Shown here piece after piece: positions 13,860 to 27,338 of a DNA stretch of 64,000 nucleotides (position 1 is its first letter; each line of letters starts with the position of its first letter). Under the pieces are notes generated by a model, which was not told where the DNA came from, did not search any database, and saw only the letters and a list, made by a program, of their open reading frames with translations. The stretch is from Octopus sinensis (lineage: Eukaryota): contig NC_043012.1 in the NCBI RefSeq assembly GCF_006345805.1, forward strand, positions 28,148,001 through 28,212,000, written 5' to 3'. The position numbers and the translations under genes are program-made.

Positions 13860-14390
13860 ATGTGTTAAAAACTCACAGCTTCTTTTGCTGGGTATGATAG
13901 AAAGTGTCAGCTGTCCACAGCCAGCTAACTAAGGTGACACTTGTTTACTGGTCATGCTTCAAGAACCCTGCAAAGAATTCTTGCAATTCCAAGCAATGCT
14001 GATTTTTGTAGGTGTTCTTCCTTCACACTTGCACCAATATTTTTCAGCCACGTTGGTAGTTGAATGCTGATACTGCTAAGTGCTTCAATTACTATTGAGT
14101 ATCACGTCTACTCTCTTCATTCACCACAACCTATGCATTTCCCACTTTAAATCATCATAGTTGTTTATTTTTTCTTCTTTCACATTGATCCTGTTGTCAC
14201 CAGGGCATGCTCTGTCGATTATCATGCATGTTCATTCTTTTTTATTCACCACCAAAATGTCCGGTTTCCGGTGTCTGGTCACCCTTACATCTCTCTCTTT
14301 GTATGTCGTGATTTGCACAGAGCTCCCAATGGATCATTCTCGCCACATTGTCATGATGTCCTTTATATTCGCATCTTGCCAATTTCGGTA
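13860..14390 (-). mobile_element. R4/Dong-type LINE 3' fragment
   Basis: Minus strand IPKLARCEYKGHHDNVARMIHWELC and ALLGIARIL. Bounded by (TAA)n and (TTC/TTG)n. Confidence 0.7.
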
Positions 14391-14602
14391 TTCTTCTTCT
14401 TCTTCTTCTTCTTGTTCTTCTTCTTCTTGTTCTTCTTCTTCTTGTTCTTCTTCTTGTTCTTGTTCTTCTTGTTCTTGTTCTTGTTCTTCTTCTTCTTCTT
14501 CTTCTTCTTCTTCTTCTTCTTCTTCTTCTTCTTCTTCTTGTTCTTCTTGTTCTTGTTCTTGTTCTTCTTCTTCTTCTTCTTCTTCTTCTTCTTCTTCTTC
14601 TT
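14391..14602. repeat. (TTC/TTG)n compound microsatellite
   Basis: Direct inspection. It is the source of the poly-S/F/E/K/R ORFs. Confidence 0.95.
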
Positions 14603-14713
14603 CCGAGTTCGATTCCAAGCAGTGACCTGGACAACGACGACAACAACAACAACAACAACAACAACCACGAAAAATACCTTAGGAATGAGAACCCAGGTTC
14701 GAAATTTCCCCAA

Positions 14714-14761
14714 GACAGCTGATGAAAGGTGTGGAGGTTATATCAGCAGAAACGTTGTGTT
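14714..14761 (+). ncRNA. Degenerate minimal hammerhead motif
   Basis: GACAG-CTGATGA(14719-14725)-23 nt-GAAA(14749-14752)-CG-TT-GTGTT. The stem III region is the palindrome AACGTT. The first pair of stem I and stem II are mismatched. Confidence 0.35.
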
Positions 14762-14802
14762 AACAACAAACAAGACTGTAAATAATGTATTATTATCATT
14801 AT

Positions 14803-15832
14803 TGACTGAGAGACCAGCGCATGCCATCAAAGTGACACTAAGTGTACAAATATAGGTACCCCAATACATCCATCATGACTACCCGTCTGATAAGGGTAGA
14901 CAGGGACATGCATGACAACCATATGTTCGTGATATGGTGATGTCATATGAAGATAAACAGCGCATGACCTTGCAGGAGGGGCCCAGTTAGAATTTTGTTT
15001 AAGTTGAGTAGCCCATCCTGCTCAAAAGGTCCCCGAATAACGTTTGTTTAAAGATGATGAACAAAACACCCATATTTCCAGAGGTAAATTATACAAACCC
15101 CAAAACATTCCTATCGACACATGGCTATGATGCTCCCTCACTACTTCTGCTCGTGGTCAGGAATGTACATATCCTCAGCCACTAAGGGATATGCTCAACT
15201 GGTTAAGGTCAAAGCAATTGCCAAGCAAATCTGTGGTATTGAGCAGAATATTTGCTGTAGCCCATCTTTTATACAAGACAAAACAATACATAATAACACT
15301 TCCAATAATTTAAGATCAAAAGCCATGAGGACCACTGCGAGGTACTGCATCAGGTCATTTTATTATTATTATTGAATGAGAGAGCAGTGCAGGCCATCAA
15401 AATGACACTGGAGTCAAATATACGACGCCTAGTATACCCATCATGACTACCCGTCTGATAAGAGTACACTAGGCATATGCATCACAAACATGTGTGCGCG
15501 ACATGGTGATCTCATATCAAGATAAACAGCGCATGACCTTGCAGGTGGGGACCAGTTAGAATTTTCTTCTGGTCGAGTAACCCATCCCGCTCAAAAAGTC
15601 CCTGAATAAGGATTGTTTAAGGATGTCGAACGAAACACCCATGTTTCAAGAGGTGAATTATTCAAGCCTCTAAGAATTCCTTTCAACACACGGCTATGAT
15701 GCTCCCCCACTACTTCTGCTCGTGATCAGAGATGCACATATCGTCAGCCACTAAAGGGCATGCTCAACTGTTTAAGGTCAAACAACTGACAAGCAAATCT
15801 CTGGTATTGAGCAGAATATTTGCTGTAGCCCA

Positions 15833-15878
<46 letters not shown>

Positions 15879-16431
15879 GAGTGAGAGAGCAGTGCATGCC
15901 ATCAAAGTGACACTGGGGTATAATATACGATGCCCAGTATACCCATCATGACTACCCGTCTGATAAGGGTACACTAGGCATATGCATCACAACCATATGT
16001 GTATCACATGGTGATCTCATATGAAGATAAACAGCACATGACCTTGCAGGTGGGGAACAGTTAGAATTTTCTTCTGGTCGAGTAGCTCATCCCGCTCAAA
16101 AGGTCCCTGAATAAAGGTTGTTTAAGGATGTTGAACGAAACACCCCTGTTTCCAAAGGTGAATTATTCAAACCCCAAAGAATCCCTCTCAACACATGGCT
16201 ATGATGCTCCCCCACTACTTCTCGTGATTAGAGATGCACATATCGTCAACCACTAAGGGACATGCTCAACTGGTTAAGGTCAAACAACTGACATGCAAAT
16301 CTGTGGTATTGAGCAGAATATTTGCTATAGCCCATCTTTTATACCAAGACAAAACAATGTACATGATAACACTTGCAATCAGTTAAGATCAGAAGCCATG
16401 AGGACCACTGCCTGGTACTGCATCAGGGCAT
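14803..16431 (-). mobile_element. Three head-to-tail copies of the ~560-bp element (14803-15358, 15373-15833 truncated, 15878-16431)
   Basis: The same sequence occurs three times, separated by (TTA)n runs. Confidence 0.8.
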
Positions 16432-16464
16432 TTATTATTATCATCATCATCATCATCATCATCA

Positions 16465-16531
<67 letters not shown>

Positions 16532-16904
16532 TGGAAGTTGTTAAAATGTATGTGCAATATAATTGGTTAAACTTCTACAACACAATATTTTCGCAGTTTT
16601 TTTTAATACAATTCCTAATAATATTTAATTGTAATTAATAATCTTTAATTACATGACTTTTGAAAACTTGGAATGGCTATGAGGGTCCACCTGAGTAAAA
16701 TAGGAACCAATGGCTAAGAACCACTTATGGTGGATAAGGCTCACTTGTTTGCTCCATGAAAGAATGAAAGTCAAAGTCATCGTTGGCGGGATTTGAACTC
16801 ACAATCCAAAGAGCCAGAGAAATTACTGCCAAATATTTTCCCCGATGCTCAAACAGATCTACCAATCCAAAACCTTTGAATAAAACTAAGTATCAGCTAC
16901 TTAT

Positions 16905-17115
16905 TGCCCACAAGGGGTTAAACATAGAAGGGACAAACAAAGACAGACAAAAGGATTAAGTCGATTACATCGACCCAGTGCGTAACTGGCACTTAATTTA
17001 TCGACTCCGAAAAGATGAAAGGCAAAGTCGACATCGGCGGAATTTGAACTCAGAAAGTAATGGCAGACGAAATACCGCTGAGCATTTCACCCGGCGCGCT
17101 AACATTTCTACCAGC
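16905..17115 (-). mobile_element. SINE family S1
   Basis: Shares GAGTTCAAATTCCGCCGA..GTCGACTTTGCCTTTCATC with the other S1 copies. Confidence 0.7.
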
Positions 17116-17289
17116 TAACGTTTCTCCCACTAAGTTTTCTGGCCTTGTACCAACATTAGAAAGAGTTATTCACTGAGGTCCTTTCATCCATTTGGGGTCG
17201 ATAAAACAAGTACCAGTTGAACACTGGGGTTGATTTAATCAGCTCATCCTCTCCACCAAAATTTATGCCCTTGTGGCAAAATTTGAAAC

Positions 17290-17380
<91 letters not shown>

Positions 17381-18545
17381 GTTTGACTTTTGATTTGTAT
17401 TTGTACAACTTGACTCGAAGTCTCACTCAGAGACCTCAAGAGACAACAATTTAGAAGTTCATATTGGTGTTATGCCTAGGCTGTCATATATTTGGTTTTG
17501 CACATAGTATTGTTCAAGAGAATGTTTAAGAAAACATAAGAAAATTATAAGTTTGTCTTAAAATTTGAGATTACATAGACAGTATTTTACGTAGGCTATG
17601 GGCAGTTCCCATGAGCACTTTGAATTTCTGTCACTTTGGGGTTTCCTGGTATCTGAGCTAGGTAGCAAACAGCCCCTTTTACTATCATTCCTAGTGCACC
17701 TATGACAGCAAGTATTGTTTTAGTATTGAGGTTCCACATTTTGCCAATTTCTATTTCAAGATCTTTATACTTGCTCAGTTTTTTGTTAGGTCTTGACAGA
17801 TACATTTATGCCGATTGGGATAGTCATATCAATGAGAAGGCATACTTTTTGTCTTTCAATATAATGTCTGGCCTATTCGTATCTATCTTTCTGTCAGTTT
17901 GAACGGTGAAGTTCCAGAGGAGTGTGATGTGATCATTTTCAAGCAGGTGGTTTGTATTCCCATCAGTTTTTATCATGGGGCAAGTCCAGATTTTTGCAAA
18001 TTACCCAGTGAAATATATTGTGCAGCTCTATCATGCCTGCTGAGATACTCCGTAGGCATATGGAGACATGATCAATGGTTTCATTTTGTGGTTTACATAC
18101 ATAACATGTTGCGCTACTGCTGTTCTTTAATATGTTAGCCTGGTAGTTCTTTGTAGGCAGGCATTGATCTTGGGCTGTTATGATAAACCCTTCTGTTTCT
18201 GATTTTAAGCCAGGAGACACTAGCCATCGATTGGTAAGGGCTTTGTCAACATCGGCACTATTAGCTCTCTTTGGGTATTTGTCATAGAGAGGTTTTTCTT
18301 GCCATTTATCAGTAAGAATATCTAAGGCAGGCAGCAGTTTTAGCACGGGTTTTCTGTGCTTGCTTCTAGTTCGTCTAATTCTGGGATTTGTTATATTTGG
18401 AATTCACTTCGGATATTCATAGATTCTATGAATATATTTCTATTAATATGAGATTCCTTTGCCTTTTTTGTTACTGAGTGTGACACTTTCTTGTTTTCAT
18501 GCTTTGAGACATCCAATCATCAGAGTTTTTCAAGTAGGTGTGGCA
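17381..18545 (-). mobile_element. R4/Dong-type LINE 3' part
   Basis: ORF 17963-18346 GLKSETEGFIITAQDQCLPT...C..C...ETIDHV and ORF 17596-17805 KLSKYKDLEIEI...VIGALG. The 3' end abuts (TTA)n at 17293-17380. Confidence 0.8.
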
Positions 18546-18548
18546 ATC

Positions 18549-18762
18549 CTCTTCTTCTTCTTCTTCTTCTTTTCCTCCTCCTCCTCCTCCTCCTCCTCCT
18601 CCTCCTCCTTCTTCTTCTTTTCCTCCTCCTCCTCCCCCCTCCACCACCTCCATCTTCTTCTTTTCCGCCTCCTCCTCCTCCTTCTTCTTTTCCTCCTCCT
18701 CCTCCTCCTTCTCTTCTTCTTCTTCTTCTTCTTCTTCTTTGTCGTCGTCGTCGTCGTCGTCG
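18549..18762. repeat. (TTC/TCC/GTC)n compound microsatellite
   Basis: Direct inspection. Confidence 0.95.
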
Positions 18763-19251
18763 ACATTATGCCATGTTTATCGTTGGTTTCCATTAAACTT
18801 TACGACTAGCTTAATACTCTTTCTGCTTGTTACTTTTTAGAATTTGTCACCATCGAAGTCACTCTTTTCTCCATCTACTGTAGTATCATCTCCTCGTATG
18901 TAAGTTCGATCAGGTTTCTGTATTGCCGTCTCCGCCAATATCATATAAATTACTTTCCCTGTTAGTTATTCTAGTATTAAAACAACTATCATAACAAATA
19001 TTAGTAATAGATTATTGGTGCAATCTCCATTGGCTCTGTAACGATATCTTCCACTATAGAACGGAAGCCTATTCTTCGAATTTCTTAGTACCGTTCTATG
19101 CACTCTTTTACTCTAAACCTGATGACCTTTAACGACCTTTATGATTTGCATAAATATGTTGCAGTGTACTAAACTTGACTACGTGCAAGTTATAATAACG
19201 CAAACTGTAACGAAACATAGCTTCATGTTTGAGTAAATAACTTACAAATGC

Positions 19252-19344
<93 letters not shown>

Positions 19345-20970
19345 AACACGTACAAACACGCACACACAACTACTTTTGGTAATTTTTATCTATGGAACAC
19401 AAATTCGGGATTTTTAATAAAAAATTGCATATTAAAAATATGTACTTAAAAGACCCAGTATTCTCAACCAGTTTGCTTCTAATTCATAAGCTGGATGAAG
19501 AAAATATATTCGTAAAAAGTGCATCTTGTCTAGCAAATCTTCGAACATTTTGATCTCAAACCTTGAAACACGAAATAAACGCTAACACTGATCACTGACC
19601 TATAAACACCGAAAAATTTTACCCGACACCACAAAAGCTAAAATAAACCAGTACGCGGCAAACGTTGTACATGAGTACTTGATCAATAAACACAGACTGT
19701 ATAAGAATAGCCCATACGAAACGCCTGGCATGAAGAGTCGACAAGTTTTTTTAAGAACTGGCTATTAAGGTTACAGACGTGCAACTCATAACCGAGCAAT
19801 CGCCATTAATAAACAGTTGAACTATATTTCCGCTAAAACAAATATTAAATTTAAGACTTGACTGGAAGTCGGATATTCATAGATTCTATGAATATATTTC
19901 TATTAATATGAGATTCTAAATATTAGTCAACTTCTATGCTGTTTCATTGGAAAGGGTAATTGCAATTTTCAATACATACATACATACATACATACATACA
20001 TACATACATACATACATACATACATACATACATACATACATACATACATTCTTACATACATAACCCAACATAGCGACCGTTATGGTGAGTCCAATTACCG
20101 CTCATATGAACGTAAAATACCAAATATTGGAAAAGTGGAGCTACAGAGTGTGGTTAGATTACATACAAATATTTCTACATAAGTGCTTTAAATATTACAT
20201 ATATTTCAGCATGTCTGTATAAATAATACATATATCTTAACATACTTATGTAAACACAGCGCTGTAGCGATACACACAAAGTAGTAAGTCAAGTCATGTT
20301 TCAAAACAACTTACGAAAAAGACATATGTATGTTTAAATATAATTGTAGAATTAAAATCAACCTGAAAGGAAAGATTACCCAAGTTGTGATCAACTTTAC
20401 ATTTAATTTTGTCAAAACCTTGTCGAAGCTTTTAAAGAAGACCTATTTTGAAAAAACAAACATCAGTGGATAGACAAAATCATCACAAGGTTAGTATAAG
20501 TCTCCTTCGACTAAATTGTGGCTACAATAATTACAATAACTCTATACAGTGGATGATCCACGATCTTAACACATATTTATATGAAGCATATATAACTGCC
20601 AGAAGTTCGGTTATATGCAAAGGCTAAAACATTTGTGGAACTCTAAACACCCAGATTTATATTTTTCCCCCAAAACATTTAAATGAAAAGGCAAAACGTA
20701 TCACTGTATCATTAGATATAAATTGATACATCTAACGTACATATCTGATTCAAAACAGGCTGACAACTATAAAGCTAGCCATTGAAGATAATCATCCCAC
20801 ATCCACTGATGGACAAACAGAACGGTCAGATAACTCTAGTAGTAAATACATCAACAATTTGGCTGAAATCCATCCCACTTCCAGTGATGGACAGATAAAA
20901 CCCTCAGTTAAATATAGCCTAAACTGCGCCAGCTGAAACAACTTACAGCTATAGCTGAAAAACTAAAACA

Positions 20971-21420
20971 TTGGGTCATCTCATAAATAATGCCTCTTTT
21001 TTTTTACACCTATTTTTCAAAACTAAGATAAAGGAAGTTCTTTTTTTGTAATCTAAAATATATTCTCTTTCATTTTCTGCAATGCTCTTCTGGTAGATTT
21101 GCAAGGGACTTCTTCCAAAATTCACTTGTCCGTGACGAAAAATACTCCTCCAGTACAGTTCTGTCCTCGTCTACAGAATTCATATTTTTTCCGTCCAAAT
21201 GATTTTGAAGACTACGAAATACATAATAATAAGATGGGGCAATGTACGGCGAATATGGTGAGTTGGGTATCGTTTCCCATTCAAACTGCTCCAGCCTTTG
21301 GAATGTCACCCTCGCTGTATGTGGCCGTGCATTATCTTGATAGAAGAACACCTTTCATCTTCAAACCAAAGATGGGCGTTTTTCTTCTAGCGCTGACTTA
21401 AGCTGTTCAAGCTGATCACA
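20971..21420 (-). mobile_element. mariner-type transposase 3' remnant
   Basis: ORF 21070-21351 QDNARPHT...PYSPYIAPSYYYVFRSLQNHL. Confidence 0.8.
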
Positions 21421-21559
21421 GTAGATCTCCTTGTTATCGTTTAGTTTGGGTTTAAAAGGTTTAAAAGCTCAAAGACACTTCAACAAAAGATCAGCTTGAG
21501 CACTACTGGAGATTGGTATGGGAAACAATTGACCAATTCAACAAACAAGCTGTAGGACT

Positions 21560-23405
21560 AAATGACTACTGCAGGCATGTCAAGCAAAAGTAATATGAAA
21601 TAGACGGCGAAATACTGGAAACAGTTCTACAGAAAATGTCAAACAGGAAATCCCCAGGCTCAGACTCCATAACAGACTATTGGCTGAGGAAATTTCACAT
21701 TTTATCTGCGAAGATCTTATACGGTTGTATGGAAAAGTATCAAGGGTATACAAGAACTGCCCAATGGTTATCAATTGCAACTACTCTTCTCATCTTCCAA
21801 ATATACAAACCACCCTTGCTAAAAGTTTCCGCCCAATAACCTGCTAGAACATCATGTGCGAATTATGCACTGTGTACATCGATCTATTCTTTGTCCTCTA
21901 ATTAAGCCTGTTACAAAACTGCTTATAAAACATAGTGACCAGAGAAATGGATCCAGACGTATCTCCTTTCTTTTCTTTGTCGACGACCTTATAACCCGAT
22001 TTTCTACAGACATTAGGATGAAATTTGGTGAGTTCAAATGCGAATTTTTATATAAAAAAAAAACGCGGCGAAGTTGTGTCGTCTGAAAACCTAAAAATGA
22101 ACGGCTTGACAGTCAGGCAACAATTATAGGTATCTCGGACAAGACGAGAATGTCAGATATGATGGACCCATACATAAGGAGAGGACCAGGAATTAATGCC
22201 TCAGAAGAGTAAACAGAATATTGTCATTTCAGTTTGAAACAAGCATATTGCCCACAATACCTTTGCAAGGCCTGTCCACACGCCTACGTTTGATCTTCTG
22301 AACTGGTCACTCCAAGAACTCAATGAGATAGATGCTCAAAGTCGCAAGCTGTTCAGTGTTGCAGGAAACTTCAATATCAATGTAAATGTAGGCGGGTTAC
22401 ACTTCCTACGCAAAGATGGTGGCCATTGTCTCAAATCTGTAAGGATGTCATATGAAGCACGTATTGCGAAATTGAAACATCTGCAACATGGGAAATAGAC
22501 CATTACTTATCTTTCTGAAGTTTGTGAACCAACAACATAATTAGGATAATTAAAGAACTTGAGGAGAGGTATGAAATAAGAGCTGATCTCTCCCTAAGGG
22601 GCATTGGTAAAATCTATCAGAGAAACAGGAAAAAATGAGCCAATTCACTAAGAGTACTTCATGGATACTTGACACATAAAACAACCAATACAAAGGATTG
22701 ACCAATCAAAAGCTTAGCCTATAGTACCGGCATGTTTATGAGATCTCAGTTTGAAGGTTACATCCTTGCAATTCAATAAAAGACCCCACCAAATACCTAC
22801 AGCATAAAAGGCAGAAAATATCGAAAGACAACAAATGTAGGTTTTGCAAGACCAAGACTGAAGACGTCAACCACAATATTGCCAACTACGAGAAAATGAG
22901 GCATGATACGGTGGCCAGAGCAGTCTGGAATAGGCAAACGAAAAAGAAAATAGCTACAAATGGCAGTTGACCATATTGAGACTGATGAATCCAAATATTG
23001 ATGGAATTTAAAGATTAAAATAACCACCATCCGGCCAAATATCGTTGTGTGGCAACACAAGGAAAGATATATTCTGTTGTGGAAATTAGCTGTACACCAA
23101 TGTGGTTAGGAAAAAGAAGAGAAAGAGGACCTCTGTGGACCATTGATAAGGGGTTTGCAAATACACTTCCAGCTTCACACCTAAAATCATTGGAACAACA
23201 AGATACACACGAACCCGTCTGAAGCAAAGTGTGGCTGAACTCGGGATCTTATGGAATGAATGCAAATCTTTAATTTATATGCTACAAATGATCAAGATAT
23301 CTGAGACTAGAAATGCCTGCAAGACCTTCTTAAGATTTAAAGGATGGGGGTTAAAACAAGATACTTTTCTTCTCAACGTCGCTACACAAAATTAAAAAGA
23401 GAAAG
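21560..23405 (+). mobile_element. Decayed R4-like RLE LINE ending at CATA-type repeats
   Basis: KSPGSDSI..YW, FFVDDL and RPNIVVW...VEISC remnants. The 3' end runs into catacgtgcatgcatgcatacatac. Confidence 0.55.
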
Positions 23406-23438
23406 AAAACATACGTGCATGCATGCATACATACATAC

Positions 23439-23632
23439 AAACAATAATACCCTGTTGTTGATGTTGAAATTCCAGTGAAGCGACATTGGATCTAGGTTAG
23501 AAACTGGTTATTTCTCTATTGGTAAGAAATCTTGAAATAAATTAAATAATGACACACATACATACACACGCATACATGCATACATGCATGCATACATACA
23601 TACATACATACATACATACATACATACATACA

Positions 23633-23663
<31 letters not shown>

Positions 23664-24418
23664 TAACACCAAGGATACCACTCACATCATAAGCAGTTGT
23701 CCGAAAATGTCATCACGGTAATATCTGCCGATGAGACAATATGTTTTAGCTAGGACATTCTATAATGAAATCTGTCAGAAGAAATAAGAACCCACAGTAT
23801 AGTAGAAACCATAGCCACTCATGATAAAAAGGAGTACTGTTGGAATGTCCCAGTGAAGACCGCAATAAAATGTAAGGACACCTGATCTGATAATATGATT
23901 TAGGATAGAGAAGAGAAACTGTGCACAGTTGTTGAAATTAGCTGTCCAGCGGATGTTAATATAAAGCTGAAGATCAATGAAAAAGAGAACATTTATGCTG
24001 AACTATTGAGAAATCTGCAGTTACTCTATCCAAATTACGCGTTCAGGTTTATATCTGTAATTATTGGGGCCCTGGGATATGTAACACACTGCCTACCAAT
24101 CATGAAGAATTAGGCTTCTCAAAACCAGAAAGGAGAAAGCTAATTCGAAGACTACAGATCCAATCCATCACTGGAACTGTAAAAATCTGTAAAGCTTACC
24201 AGAAGTTTATCATTTAAATATATATGAGCATGTGCCTAGATATGCAACTATATGCATGAAGATACATACATAAAGCAAAACATACAAATCTGCACACATA
24301 CATACAAACAAATATACAGTTGTTCATGTTGAAGTTCCAATGAAGGAGCCCTGGATCTAGGTTAGAAATCGGCTCTTTCTCTATTAGCAAGAAATCTTGA
24401 AATAAAGCTGAACAGTGA
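23439..24418 (+). mobile_element. Two 5'-truncated copies of R4-like family F (23439-23552 and 23662-24418)
   Basis: They match 53590-54225 and 54931-55045. Both end ...GAAATAAA.TGAA.A.TGA followed by CA/CATA repeats, and the copies are separated by (CATA)n. Confidence 0.75.
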
Positions 24419-24432
24419 CACACACACATATA

Positions 24433-24495
24433 CATGGTGGCTGCCCCCTCGTTATCGAGTATGGCCATTGCACGAAGCTTAATCAATGTTGTTAT
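24433..24495 (-). mobile_element. RTE LINE 3'-end fragment
   Basis: CATGGTGGCTGCCCCCTCGTTATCGAGTATGGCCATTGCACGAAGC matches 54271-54320 and the RTE 3' end at about 49276-49320. Confidence 0.7.
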
Positions 24496-24496
24496 C

Positions 24497-24830
24497 GGAT
24501 TCAGTCTCGCTGCGCAACATCTTAGGCAAATGTCTTCTGTTATAGCCACAGACCGACTAATACCTTGCGAATAAATTTTCATAGAGGGAAACTATGTGGA
24601 GGATCGCATGTGTGTGTGTGTGTGAGCGTTTCCCCCCTTACAGCTTGACAACTGATGTTCGTTTGTGTACGTCTCCGCACCTTAGCGGTTCGGCAAAAGA
24701 GACCGATAAATTAAACTTAAAAGAATATTTACTCAGGTCAATGTATTCGACAAAACTCTTGAAGACGACACCCCTGCAAGGCCGCAGTCCAGTGGATGAA
24801 GCAATTAAAAGAAAAGGTTATTGACAGTTG
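24497..24830 (+). mobile_element. SINE family S2, decayed
   Basis: Has the CORE-like TTAGGCAAATGTCTTCT and the tail GCGGTTCGGCAAAAGAGACCGATA shared with the 28857 and 43340 copies. Confidence 0.6.
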
Positions 24831-26039
24831 TGAAATCAGTTGAGAACTGTTCAAGCAGTTTTGGACTGTTGTCAGCCGTTTTGGACAATTCATTCAAACT
24901 TAGTCACAAAGGAAACATTTCTGGTCCAATACTTTGGACCTAAGTATCTCTACTCAGATTAGTAATTTATTTACATATACTTTGACACACTTTATTATGT
25001 TACTGAGTGTGAAATAGTATAAAAAGTTGGTGATGTGGGAGGAAGATTTATATGTGAGACGTTTCTGAATTCCAACATCAAACTTCTACTGTTGTTATGA
25101 TCTAAATTCCAGTGACGGAGCTTGAAGTATTTTTATTAGAAACAGCTTCTTTATGGGAATAACTCAAAGAACTTAAAAACAAAACAAATGCATACAGCGG
25201 AATTCAGGACGTTTAGTCGCCATAATGCATCCAGATATAACGTTTTGAGCCTTATAATTTATCTGAGAATGTGGCATCGCTGCTTAAGCTGTGACCAAGG
25301 AAATGAAGACAGGATTTAAATAGAGGGAGTCGGGGGAAGGCCAAGCCAGAGGCCGTATGGGAGGATTAGAAATCTAGGGTGCAGGGTGAACGAGAGAGGA
25401 GAAATCAAAGAATTACAGAAGGAATGTAGAAAGAGTCAAACGTTACAAAAGGAAATTTGGAAGAGTCTAAGTAAAAAAGAAATGCAAAGGGAAAGTAGGA
25501 GCACTGGCTCAAAGTAATAGTAGCTGGAAATGATAATTAGGCGTAAAGGACCTCATAGACTATTTTTTATTATGAATGAATAAAATCTATAGTCAGTAAA
25601 AGGATTGTAAACTCACATACACGCATTCACTGAACACGTACACCCACAGTAGAATACACGTACACATATACTTCCATTCGCATACATACATATACATGCA
25701 TAATTTCATTTTAGGAACACTCACACACACACACACACACACCCTTACATTATCATGTATTTATCACCATCCATATGTGTATAATTATTGATAGAGTCAA
25801 GGATCTTTTATTTGTTTCAGTATTGCACCATGCTGGGGCCCCGCTTTGAAAGGTTTTGTCAAACAAACTGACTCCAGTATTTATTTCTAAGTCTGGTTTA
25901 TTCCATCAGTTCTTTTTTGCCAAACTGGTAGGCTACTGGGATAAAAACAAACTAACACCAGTAGCCAAGAGGGAACAAACGCAACACAAAGAGGGAACAA
26001 ACGCAACACAAAGATACACTCATATATTTATATATATAG

Positions 26040-26093
<54 letters not shown>

Positions 26094-27108
26094 ACGCGCA
26101 CACATATACCAGCTATACTATTCCTACAATTTCCGAGTGCCTTTTGGTTGTGCTGTGTCCAGGACTAAAATCACACTACTCTTCGGCAGGCTTCGGCTCA
26201 ACAATTTCCCTGCATCTCTTTCCCAGACACTTTGTGTAGACTTTACCAGGGAAGTTCAATAAAGATTAGAGTACTCTTTCTTATTTCCTTTTTTAACAAT
26301 TGGGGTTATCACTCCGGATTGCCATTGTTTTGGTGTCTATCTTATGGCAAAAGGAGGAAAACAACTGAAAGTCAGTCTGGCAACATTTCTTTCAATGGCG
26401 GTATCCGTCAGAAAATGCTGCCGACACCTAGGGAAGGATAAAAGATATATGCCATTTTGGGACATGTAACAATAAACACGTAACAGGGGATATTACACCG
26501 AAGAAAAAAAAATCCTGAAAACTATCTATATACAATAAACCAGTGGAATATAACGTGTTCGCCGCACATACAAATACGTAGGCTACTCGATTGGATGCCA
26601 GATAAGATCTATGGCACAGTTGTGTCATAAGAAAATTATTAGCCGCCATCAAAAATGTCCTTTCATATTACCACACGAGTGTACGTGTTTGTCATCCAAG
26701 TGCAAAAATTAACAACCTGATGCTTAAGGTGGTTATTGGTATAATGCCAAGATGAGACAACTGATGCAGACTTGTAAAGGGTAAAAACGAAAATACGGCA
26801 AGAGCTTTCCTTTTACAATTCTGAAAATACTGGTTAATATTGATTTCTGTTTGAAAAGGTACAAAGAATAAAAGAAAGAAAGAAAGAAAGAAAGAAAGAA
26901 AAAAGCCGATTCGAGAGTTTCTCTGGTGGTGTTTCTCTAACAGAACACCCACCTAAATACATAGCAAATACATAGACACTATCTTCGGATCTACAATTAC
27001 TCTTATCATCACCAATGTCATGGTCATTCGTATTGTTATCATCATCGTTATTGTATATGGATCACCAGTAATTTCTATTTTATTTTCTCGTATTATTTCT
27101 ATTTGTAG

Positions 27109-27338
27109 GTTTCTTGGAGTATCCTCAGTGAGTACCCTGCATGGAGACACTTGCAATGAAGTACCTGGATTAGTGTGGAGGCAAATAGAAGTATGTCGTA
27201 ACAATCCTCAGACACTCTATTGCATCAGTGAAGGCGCCAGGAAAGGAATTATGGAGTGCAAAGCACAGTTTCGTTATGAACGTTGGAACTGTACAACCCA
27301 ACGGAATCTGTCGGTGTTTGGACAAACTCTAACGAAAG
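27109..27338 (+). CDS. Wnt16: Wnt16-like internal coding exon (probable exon 2)
   Basis: Acceptor tttgtag|G at 27107-27108 and donor AAAG|gtaaca at 27339. Encodes FLGVSS...CNEVPGLV.RQIEVC...EGARKGIMECKAQFRYERWNC, the Wnt N-terminal Cys pattern. Starts in phase 2 and ends in phase 1. Confidence 0.93.

Noticed and set aside
14803-16431. CRISPR-like or satellite array
   Set aside because: Units are ~560-bp diverged interspersed elements separated by microsatellite, in a eukaryotic context.
27020-27108. Hydrophobic N-terminus MVIRIVIIIV... of ORF 27020 as a signal peptide
   Set aside because: It overlaps a polypyrimidine tract and a good AG acceptor at the conserved Wnt intron position, so it is more likely intron read-through. 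The same applies to the N-terminus of ORF 48375.
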